Positions 38,999 through 49,200 of a stretch of DNA of 64,000 nucleotides are shown here, one piece after another. The stretch is from Candidatus Heimdallarchaeum aukensis. Its GTDB lineage: Archaea > Asgardarchaeota > Heimdallarchaeia > Heimdallarchaeales > Heimdallarchaeaceae. The position numbers were made by a program, and so were the translations under genes. Below the pieces are notes generated by a model, which saw only the letters and a list, made by a program, of their open reading frames with translations, was not told the origin of the DNA and made no database searches. Positions within the stretch are counted from its first letter, which is position 1, and the number at the start of each line of letters is the position of its first letter. The stretch lies in assembly GCA_021513695.1 (NCBI GenBank), contig CP084166.1:1984001-2048000 (forward strand). The letters run 5' to 3'.

Positions 38999-40180
38999 AT
39001 GACTGTAAGTGAAAGGGGAAAGGATAAGTTTTTTTCAAATATCTATTATGATTTTAAAGGGGAAAAAAATAGAACCTTAGCAGATATAATTCCGTTTGAG
39101 TTTGAAGCAGTAATACAAGAGGAACATCTGATTGCTATTCAAGATATTAGAATAAAGGCAGGAATAAAATATCATCTACATATTAAAAGTTTGGAGACAG
39201 ATCAAAAATTACAAGGAGTAGACCTTTTAATTAGAAAACGTGGAGAGAAGATAGTTTTTACTTTGTCGCATCGAATGAAAAAACTGTTCAAAAAAGGAGA
39301 AAAAGTAAAGGTCAGTATCTTTTGTCCAACAGAAGATTTTTACGGTTTTTACGGAAGAAAACAAAAAGAAGGAATAAGAGATGTATCCATCCACAACGAT
39401 GAGATCTTGTGTATAGCTTTTATCTATCAAATGGGAGAAAATAAAAGGCTAATCAGTCTCAATAGCGAAAATGAAGAGTATTTGTCAAAATTAGAAGGAA
39501 TACAAGAGACTTTTCGTATCTTGGATGATAGAATAATAAGGAGAGATGAGGAAGGAAATGTCCCCTTTGAAGCTAAAAGTTACTCTAATTATGCAATAGT
39601 AAGATACTACACGATAATGAACAGGTATGATTTCATAAAGAATCAAGAAAATCACTCTTCTGTTTATACTTACTTCGTAGGAGATGAAAAAATCCTTCCT
39701 ACAGTAACATCCGTCAAAGCTTGTTTAGTGATAGTAATAAACAAGTCCTTGATTCCTATATGTCTAGAAGAGAGAGTAAGAAAAGAAATAAACATGTTTC
39801 TGGACAAAAAAATGCCTTTATTTAAAATACAAGACCAACTTTATGAATTAAAAAGAGTAATTTTGCAATGTATTAGAGCGTATTATAGACCTCCAGTAGC
39901 AGAAGAGACATATAACGAGTTCAACATTAAATCAATGCTTTTTCATTTAAACCGTCCAACTTCTCCTGTATACAAAGCAATTATATCCCTCATTTCTTTT
40001 GACAACTACATCTCAGTGGAAAAACTGGTAAAATATGTAGAAAAGAGGTATAAAATAAAAGATAGACGTTACATCAGTGAATCGTTAACAGAACTGATAA
40101 ATCTTGGAATTATAAAAAGAAAGGTTGAGGACGGAAAAGTAGGGGTAGGGGTTGTGAGGTCATATGATGAAAAAAGATGA
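38999..40180 (+). CDS. hypothetical protein with C-terminal winged-helix-like domain, coupled to ParA
   Basis: ATG at 38999 is preceded by ggtggag; the track start is a GTG 12 nt upstream. The C-terminal ISESLTELINLGIIKRK looks like a wHTH. The gene overlaps the downstream ParA gene by 17 nt. Confidence 0.4.
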   Translation: MTVSERGKDKFFSNIYYDFKGEKNRTLADIIPFEFEAVIQEEHLIAIQDIRIKAGIKYHLHIKSLETDQKLQGVDLLIRKRGEKIVFTLSHRMKKLFKKGEKVKVSIFCPTEDFYGFYGRKQKEGIRDVSIHNDEILCIAFIYQMGENKRLISLNSENEEYLSKLEGIQETFRILDDRIIRRDEEGNVPFEAKSYSNYAIVRYYTIMNRYDFIKNQENHSSVYTYFVGDEKILPTVTSVKACLVIVINKSLIPICLEERVRKEINMFLDKKMPLFKIQDQLYELKRVILQCIRAYYRPPVAEETYNEFNIKSMLFHLNRPTSPVYKAIISLISFDNYISVEKLVKYVEKRYKIKDRRYISESLTELINLGIIKRKVEDGKVGVGVVRSYDEKR

Positions 40181-40964
40181 ACAAGGAAAAGTAGTGAGTT
40201 TTTTCAGTTTTTCAGGAGGAGTAGGTAAAACGACTTTAGTTGTTAACATCGCCAAAATATTAGCAGAACAAGGGAAGAAAACAATAGTGCTAGAACTAGA
40301 ATTACTTTCACCTAAATACCAAACTATTTTTGGGTTTAATCCTGCGAAATCTATAGATGAATTATATATGCAAGATTATAGAAACATCCTTGAACTAGAA
40401 ACGATTGATAGAATAATTAAGAAAAGTATAATTACAAACGATTATGGAGTAGATTTCATTATCCCTACTGCTCCAGCAACAATAGAAGATCTAATTAACA
40501 GAGATAGAGACTATCATCATAAAGATTTTGCAAACTTTATAAGAAATTTACTAGCTTATCTGCGGAAGAAATACGAAATAGTGTTGATAGACTCTCCAAG
40601 TATAACGAACACCGAAATAATGAGTGTTTTACTGCTATCAGATAAATTAGTTTATGTCTGTATTCCCCCTTTGGGAGATATATCTAAAGGAATAGAAAAA
40701 ATAAAAAAATTTCCAGAGAGTACATTCATCGATCCGATTGATGTGATAATAAATAAAGTACCAGTAGAAACAGAGAAAGAGAGACAAATATTGGAAAGAA
40801 AAATGAAAGAACAACTAAAGAAAGAACAAATAAACAAAGTAAGAGTAGTAGAATTATCACTAGATTATATAAAAGAGAATGTAAAAGAAAGGAGAATATA
40901 CATAGAAAAAGAAAAGGAAAAAAACATGTACCAAACACTGCTAAACTACAGTAAAGAATTATGA
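40164..40964 (+). CDS. ParA/MinD-family P-loop ATPase
   Basis: Deviant Walker A FSGGVGKTT and Walker B-like IVLIDSP. 266 aa. Confidence 0.75.
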   Translation: MMKKDEQGKVVSFFSFSGGVGKTTLVVNIAKILAEQGKKTIVLELELLSPKYQTIFGFNPAKSIDELYMQDYRNILELETIDRIIKKSIITNDYGVDFIIPTAPATIEDLINRDRDYHHKDFANFIRNLLAYLRKKYEIVLIDSPSITNTEIMSVLLLSDKLVYVCIPPLGDISKGIEKIKKFPESTFIDPIDVIINKVPVETEKERQILERKMKEQLKKEQINKVRVVELSLDYIKENVKERRIYIEKEKEKNMYQTLLNYSKEL

Positions 40965-40995
40965 TATCAAATTTAAAAGAAAAGAAAAATAAAGT

Positions 40996-41050
40996 CTATC
41001 ACTATCCCTATCTCTAAAACTATCACTATCACTATCATTATCACTATTAT
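40996..41050. repeat. hexanucleotide tandem repeat (CTATCA-like, ~9 units)
   Basis: ctatcactatccctatctctaaaactatcactatcactatcattatcactatta, located between the convergent gene ends of ParA and the beta-helix gene. Confidence 0.5.
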
Positions 41051-41131
41051 TTTCATTTGAACTAGCAAAAAATAAACAAAACAAAACGAAAAGGGAAAAA
41101 AACACAAAAGAATGGAGATAAGAGAAAGAGA

Positions 41132-42514
41132 CTATCTTCTATTTTTTAAAAAACGGAGGAGATTTTTAAGGGAGAAAAGAGAAACAAAGGATAAGGGAGT
41201 AATTACGATTATTAAATACATCATCTGATTCTTAACTAAGGGATTGGTATGATTGTAAAATTCTTCAAGATTAGTTAGACCGTCCCCGTCAAAATCAAGA
41301 TAAGAGTCATTAGTCAAAGGGTCAGAACCATAATGAACTTCCCAACCGTCAGGTAAAAGGTCTCCATCAGTGTCGCTAGACCAAGGATCAGTACCATAAA
41401 CATGATCTTCAAGATAATCCAGAAGGTTATCTCCATCGAAATCGCTCCCACGAGGAAAAGGGTCAAAAGCTTTAGCCGCGCCATCGATAGGGTAAGGTTC
41501 AGAGCCATCAGTATCTGACCAATAGTTGCCAATAGAATAGACGGGGTCAAACCAAGTGTTATTTATCCCATCATCAAAAGCTTGAGAAAGGTTCTTACCT
41601 TGATTGTTCTTGAAAAAAACATTACGAGAGATAAAGTTGTTAGAAGCAGATTTGTAAATATATAGTCCATACTCGCTGTTATTAAAAAAAACATTAGAAG
41701 AAAGGTGATTGTTAGAACCACTTACGGACAAACCACTTCTTCTGCTCTCGGAAATAACGTTATCGGTCACAGTGTTATTATCCCCACCTATTGCTAACCC
41801 ATCATAATTGGTATAAATAATGGTATTATTTGATATGAAGTTATTATGTCCTGAACTAAGAATTCCCCGTTCTCCACTATACAACAAGTAGTTATTAGTA
41901 ATAACGTTAAAACAAGTGTCGGTCATATCAATGCCACTTGCCCATCTAGTGTAAGAAATGTTATTACCGCTAACCAAGTTGTGAGAACCGTAGTGGATAT
42001 CTATTGCCTCCTCGGTGTGAGTGATAAAATTGTTAATAATGACATTATCAGAACTATGTAATGTTATCAATTCGCGTGAATAAGTTTTATTGGTCCCACC
42101 AATAAGAGTGGAGCCTTCAAGATGAAGATGGGCATTATCCCGTGCTCCAATATTCCAAGGACTGTCGGTGTAAGTTAGGATAGTAGTATCATAGATCGCT
42201 AAAGAAGAATTATCATAGGCATAAATACTTAGAGAACCTACTCGATCATGTTCAATAACAATAAAACAGTTACGAAGAATAAGAGAGCCTTCGTCCTTGA
42301 CATCAACTCTGTTGGTAAGTTTAATAAACTCGTTCTCAACTACAGTAGGTTCGGTAATGTTCCAAATACCATCAGGGGGAGGAAAAGAGCCAGAGCTAGA
42401 TGCTGAAGAAGTAACTATCGGACTAAAAGTAGGTGAAAATAACATAATAGAAGAAAAAATCATAAACACAAGTACAAACGAATTCTTTTTCCTTTTTTTT
42501 AGAATAAATATCAT
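41132..42514 (-). CDS. secreted right-handed beta-helix (pectin-lyase-fold) protein with Ca-binding D-x-D-G-D repeats and C-terminal TM anchor
   Basis: N-terminal signal peptide, then repeated N/S/G-rich ~22-aa units (NNTIIYTNYDGLAIGGDNNTVTDNVISESRRSGLSVSGSNN...). These are followed by DFDGDNLLD, DTDGDLLPDGWE and DFDGDGLTNLEE motifs and a final hydrophobic helix with an RK tail. Confidence 0.6.
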   Translation of the reverse strand: MIFILKKRKKNSFVLVFMIFSSIMLFSPTFSPIVTSSASSSGSFPPPDGIWNITEPTVVENEFIKLTNRVDVKDEGSLILRNCFIVIEHDRVGSLSIYAYDNSSLAIYDTTILTYTDSPWNIGARDNAHLHLEGSTLIGGTNKTYSRELITLHSSDNVIINNFITHTEEAIDIHYGSHNLVSGNNISYTRWASGIDMTDTCFNVITNNYLLYSGERGILSSGHNNFISNNTIIYTNYDGLAIGGDNNTVTDNVISESRRSGLSVSGSNNHLSSNVFFNNSEYGLYIYKSASNNFISRNVFFKNNQGKNLSQAFDDGINNTWFDPVYSIGNYWSDTDGSEPYPIDGAAKAFDPFPRGSDFDGDNLLDYLEDHVYGTDPWSSDTDGDLLPDGWEVHYGSDPLTNDSYLDFDGDGLTNLEEFYNHTNPLVKNQMMYLIIVITPLSFVSLFSLKNLLRFLKNRR

Positions 42515-42652
42515 GAATAAATAGACCTTTTTTTATTAATAAATTTTTGTAAATTATTGCTTTACCAGTCATTTAATGTTATAAAACAGTAAATTAAAGT
42601 CACATTATAAAAGAAATAAATGAATTAAGAATAGTAAATTGGTACCTATAAA

Positions 42653-42710
42653 AAACGTCTATAAAAACTATCGACACTTTTGAGAAACGTCTATAAAAAC
42701 TATCGACACT
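42653..42710. repeat. two 26-bp direct repeats (aaacgtctataaaaactatcgacact) with 32-bp period, each containing a TATA-like box
   Basis: Exact copies at 42653..42678 and 42685..42710. A third partial ctataaaaa sits just upstream at ~42646. The repeats lie in the ~780-bp divergent intergenic region between the beta-helix gene and the giant gene. Confidence 0.6.
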
Positions 42711-43293
42711 AACTCAATTTCTAGCAAAAAATATCTCTTAAAATTATTTATAAAGTGGTAAAAAATTCTCCTGAGTTTAAATACTACCAATAGCTATATA
42801 TATCAGTAATTGACCAAAAAGAAAAAACTTCACACGATACTAAAAAATGTATTTTTATTTAATTAAAAGGCTGAAGAATAAGAAGTGGGATATATATACA
42901 CTGTTAGATAAAAACAACTTACGGGTTATAAAATTAAAGACGAAATAAAGAAAAAGAGAAAAATTTACAGGTATTTATAAATACCATATTGATTTAAATA
43001 AAAAAAGAGATAGTCACATTTTATGAGTCAATATAGTAAGAAATTGGTCAACCCCAAGTACCCAAACACTACTATGTTGACTCATAAATCCTTGAAAAAA
43101 TCAAAGTCAAGGATAACCCAGAAAGAAAAAATTGACTCATGTTGCTTTTTAGCAAACTTTTTTTCAATGACAGATCTGGGTGAAAAAAGGAAAGTGAAGA
43201 TTTTTTCACTTTCCACACTCTCCTTTAAGTTTATTTTCAAGCATAATAGTGCTTCTTTTTGTTCTCTTTCAAAAAAAATAAAGGTGGATAAGA

Positions 43294-46200
43294 ATGGAGA
43301 AAATAAAGATAAAGAAAAAATTAACAATTTATTCAATTTTAATAATATTAATATTCTCTAATTTAAGTGGATTGAATTTTAAATTTTTGCAAGCAGAAAA
43401 TGGAGATCAAAGTCCTCCATCTATACTCAGAGTAACACAGTTTCCTGAAGTTCCTACCCAATTCGATGGAGTGGTAGTCTATGTAGAAGTGGAAGACGAA
43501 ACAGGGTTCAGTTCTATATATTTGATGTACGAAAGGAATAATAACTTAACATCCATACCAATGAAGTATTTACCCAATTATTATGGGAATGGAACATGTT
43601 TTTACGCTTCTCTTCCTTCTTTTTCTGCAGGAACTAAAATAACTTATTTTATCGAAGTGACTGATTCGAGTGAGAATCAGAATATTGCACACTCACTAAA
43701 ATATGATTATGTGGTGGTGAGTGACGGAATACCAAAAATACAGTTATTAAACGAACCAAAATTTCTGTATTTAGGAGATGAATATAAATTCCAGTTTACA
43801 ATTTATGATGAGGATAATATTTCTCTTCAAGATACAGGGATTGATCCACCTTTATTATATTACAGAACAGAAAGAGTAGAAGGAACACAACAAGTAGTTT
43901 ATAATTCCACAACAGGGGTATTTGAAAGCGTTTTACCTTCTGTGAATCTACTAGATGGAGAAATGAGTGAAGGAGAAAATATAGAGGTGTGGGTAGGAGC
44001 TTATGATAAAAGTCCTGCACACCAGTATGGGGAGAGCAAACATTTGCAGTTACCTGTCATTAACGAGAAACCTTACATTTATGGCGTAGATAGGTATCCA
44101 TATATTCCTTTGTATAATGAAAGTTTCAATTTAACCACAACAATCTATTATAGAGAAAATATAGGTATGAATATCACGCAAGTATCAGCAACTATAAACC
44201 GATATGATGAGGTTACACAAAAAATTACAAAACAAAGTTATATTTTAACCCAAAGTGAATATTCAAAATTTGTATTTACAGGAATAATAGAATCGATTGG
44301 GTATATAGACAATATAGAATTGAAAATAAATTGTAAGTACACTTCAGATTACCAAATAGAAGAAGCAGAAGTAGAAAAACAAGAAAAAAGTTTTAGAGTA
44401 AGAGATTGCGAAGCGCCAACAATATTAGAAAGTGGATTTAGCAACGGGGTATCAACATTAAAAGAAGGAGAAGAAGTAAAAATCTATGCTAATGTACTTG
44501 ATCGTTTGAATACAAAAGATGTCACTGCAATAATTACTGAAGAGTATAAATCAGGATTGCAACTTATTCGTTCATCAAAGGAATATTTCCAGAAAATGGG
44601 TTATTATGGAGATGACGGGATAAGTTTTATTCAACAGATGAGTATTGATCAGAGTATAAGTGGAGATTTTTATTTTGATGGATTAGTTCTAAAAGAAGAA
44701 TATGTTAGTGCAGTGAGAAAAGAAGCAGCAAGTGAAACATTAGTTATTTACGCGGTAGAAGGAAAAAATGAATTATTTATCAAGATTATCAACCCAGAAG
44801 GGTTTGTTCCTTTAAGTTATAATCAGTTGGTTATACAAGCAAAAGCTATAGGACAAGATATTCTTTTAGCAGGAGTATACACTGATTTAGGAGAAACAGT
44901 TGTTTGGAATGAAACAGTAGGAGAGTATGTTTACGATAATGTACTGCCTATAGACAAGGTTTTTACTATAGATGAATACGGAACAGCTTGTTTATACAAT
45001 CTTCAAAATATGGACGATATTACAAATGCGATATGGATAAAATTCGTTCCTGCTGAAGGAGGAAATTTTAGTTCATCTGATGGTTTAAGTATTGATAATA
45101 TTAGATTGTTTAGTATAAATACTTTAAATGGCGAGAGAATAGACTCTTATCATCAAGAAATAAATCATGATTTTGTTGAATACTATGGCTATTATCAAGC
45201 TAAAAAGGTTGATCAATTAATAACTTTCTATATCCAAGCGAGCGACGGAATAAATATCCAAACCCAAAATAATGAGGAAACAATAATAGTAACTGATGGT
45301 AGACCTCCAACATTTGCCATCAAACAAATTTCTGGAGTGGATATAGGTGATATTGAAATCAACTTTAGCATGGCTATCACTGATTATTCTATAATAGATC
45401 CAACTGATGCAGTAAATGTTCGTTTTCATTACAAGATTAACGGATTAGAAGAAATAAGTGCGAACTTAACAGTTGAGAATAACTGGGACGATAAAGGAAA
45501 AGTGTGGGTGTATAGGCTTGACACTACAACAAATTTAAATTTCAACGATATGTGGAAATATTGGTTCAGTGCAGAAGATCCTTGTGGTAATCGTGGAGAA
45601 AGTAAACATTACTCTTTTGTTGTAGAAGAAAATAGTGCACCTACAATATCTTTAACTTGTCAGACCGTTACATATAATGGAGAAGAAAAAACAGTTGTTG
45701 ATCCTGCAGGGGCAGAAATAGGAATATCTGGAGAATATTTAGACATAAACATGGATATAACAGAGAATGAAGGAGGAAGTGGAATAAAACTTATCCAGCT
45801 ATATTGGTATACTTCTTCTCATGAATCAAATTGCTGGAGTTCGGAAGTATATAGTTTTATGTCTAGCTATTCTATCACTAATTTAACTGTAGCAGAAAAA
45901 ATGATACATAATTTCGATAAAGTAGGTATACTTTATTATTATGCACAAGTAATTGATCATGCAGGAAACATTTATCAAACACCAGAATATCAAGTACAGC
46001 TAATAGATAATGTAAATCCTATAATAAAAATCAACTCTGAATATAATAGTCCAAATGGGTTGTATAATGTCGACAATTCGTATGGTGATATAAGCTATAA
46101 TGAAGATGCATATATCACTTTAGAAATAGAAGATGCATCTACTATAACTAACCTAATTTTGGAGGCAGAAACATCTCAAGGTACCTTTGTAGGAGAAGTG

Positions 46201-49200
46201 GTATGGGACGAATATTATCATGATTGGACATTACAACATTATCAGATTAAAATAAATAAAGCGTGGGAAGTAGGAGAAAATATCAATCTAAAGATTACAG
46301 CGGTAGATTCTTTTGGAAATGCACTAAATAATATTTTTTTGGGTACAGAATACATTGTAGACAAACTTCCTCCTGTTTTACTCTCCTATTCGGATAATAA
46401 TTATGAACTGGGGGGAGGAGAAATAACTATTTCTTATCAAGTTAAGGATATAGGAAGTGTTGTAGCTTACCTTTATTATAATTTCAATTCTTCAGTGGAA
46501 ACACCCTCAACTGAAAATGCTACTCTTTCAGATTTTCAAGTAGCTGTAATGGATCTTGAATCAATAGATAATACGAAATATGCTCCTTATACTGAATGGT
46601 CATTTACCAAAACATTATCTCTGCCATCGGGAATATTATATCCTGCGGTATCAATATATTTTGTAGCATTAGATGAATATAATAACAGTTTAACATGTAT
46701 TGGAGGAAAAGCATATTCCCTACCTAATTTTGATATAGAAACAAGTATTTATACTCCTCGTATTGAATCATATAAAAAACTTGCTGATAAATTTGGAGAT
46801 TTTAGAGAATACCCCAGAGATAACGTAGATAAAAGATGGGTGGGAGAAACAGAAACAACTATAATTTCCTATGATTTTAGTGTAGAAGAAAATTTTTCTA
46901 TAAACTACGCTCATCCTTATGGAGATAGATTTGCAAAAAGTGTAGTAGATTTTTACACTCATTATTGTGAAAATAGTTTCTATGCTCTTGGAGCACCAGA
47001 TGGAAACATGGCAGAAGTTACTGGAAGTATACGTTTAGACATGGGGCATGAAGGAATAATAGTAAGTAAGCCTGGAGATGGAGCAGATTTCACAGTTTAT
47101 GGAGGGTCAGGACAATATCAAGTATTAGTATTTAACTCGTGGTTTCCTATGGAAGAATATCATTATCTAGGAACAGGAACGGGTATAACTTCTTGGGACT
47201 TAGAAGATGAAGGGTTAGATAAAGCACGATATGTAGAAATATGGAGTGAAACCGTAGAGGATGACATTCCAGTATATATTGATGCAATAGAAGCAATACA
47301 TTGTGATGGAGATAGTTTCACTGCTCAAGAATGGCAGAATGCAGAAGAAAATAATGGAATTCCAGCAAATATAGAAGATAAGCAACTTTCAATGTATTAC
47401 CATGGATATAATGAAAATAATGAAATATTAGAAATCACAGCCAATCCTGAATTTTATGACTACTTATATTTACCCCTATGGATGAATACTTATCTCCCTC
47501 AAATAAAACTGTCAATCAATTTTGTACAGCAACCTTATTCTGTTGATCTTTTTGCGGTAGATAATATGGCAAGAGATACTCTGATGCAAAATGGAAGTTA
47601 TGTGCATCTAGGAAAAATAGATGGCTCAGGAGTGTATTATTTTGCATGTTCATACCCTAATAGATACACAGGTGTGTTGTTTAAAATAAGACATAACTGG
47701 GCAAGAATAACGAGCGAACTTGTGCAAATGTACAATTATGAATTTACGCTTGATTATATTAAATTATTTGGCATTTTTTATAGAATAGAAGAATTATCAG
47801 GACCAAATTATTTGGAATTCGAAAAAATGTATGAAAAAAATAGCGGGAGAAATCCTGACCCTCTATTTTTGCAAATGGAAAATTATAATGGTGAAAATCA
47901 GAAAAGTGCAAGTATAGGTAATATCACAGAGGAAATATGGTATGATGCAATTAATGAATTGGAAGTTTTTTATGGTACAAAGGGAGAATGGTTTTATCTT
48001 GCAATTGATAGAGCAAGTGAGAAACCTAATAATTCCATTGTTACAGATGTTCAAATTGTTTATGTAGACGGAGAAAGATTATATTGGAAGAGTGCATACA
48101 ATAACCAAAAAAGAATAGCTTTAATTTTTGACACTTTAGAATTCTATGAAACTTATGGAGTGAGTAATTACTTTTACATTATGTCGAATGCAACGATTGA
48201 TGGAGATGGATTTACAGCTTATTATTATTCTTTTTATTCTAATAATGAATTGTTACAAGGGTTCAACTATGAAGGGATACCTCAGGCAGATTTCAGGACA
48301 GGTGATGCACTTAACCCCACTCTTGAAGATACAAGTTACGATTCTCCATGGTGGAATAACCCATTAGATTTTACCTCTCTCCATTCAGATAAACACGGGT
48401 GTATAGTCGTACAAATCCAAGAAAATCAATCTGGTAATCTTGATCATCTAAATTTTGAAGGATATTACTCCTTCTTGTTGGATGATCTCTATCTTGGTGG
48501 AGAAGAATTACATGAAAATAGAATCGGTTATCTCCCTATACATATAGAAGGATTTAGCTACTATAATGGAATAATGAACGGTTTTTATATTACTGACGAT
48601 ATTCACCCCAAACTAAGATTACAGACATCTATCGAGAATCTTTATTCTCATCCCTTAGAATTAAAGTATGTTCTTCCTGTCGCATTTATTGATTATGGAG
48701 AAGGGTGGTTACCCAGAGAAATAGAAAATTATGATAATAGCTACTTAGCTAATGAAAGATATAGATGGATTGAGGTAGAATTTCACAATAAGATTCAATA
48801 TGATATTACAGAACTAAATAATGATTCATGCACGCTTTGGCAGAAAGTGTTTGACTCTCAATCAAATGAGATTTATTTTGAAGAGAGCTATACTCATTAT
48901 AAGAGTAAAAATGTAGATAATGAATTTACTAAAAGTTTCTCCCACATAATCCCTGAATCAGAAGCTATTTTTCCAAGTTCTTATCAGTACTTTACTTATA
49001 GAGCAAGTTTAAACTATGTAGGAAGTATTTCTTCTTCCGATTACATACAAGTTGATTCACCAGAGTTTAGAATAGGAAATACAAAAAAAGAAGATTCAAA
49101 TATCAATGAACAATATGAAAGAGCGAAAGATGGAAACAGATTCTATTATTTCCTTCCATATGAGAGTGATACAAATTCTATTGCATTTGTGAATATCTCA

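Noticed and set aside
43023-43361. Low-complexity ORFs (43023..43361+, 43082..43336-) upstream of or overlapping the giant-gene start
   Set aside because: K/F/S-rich translations of AT-rich intergenic DNA with no start context. The giant gene's own ATG at 43294 has a ggtgga RBS.
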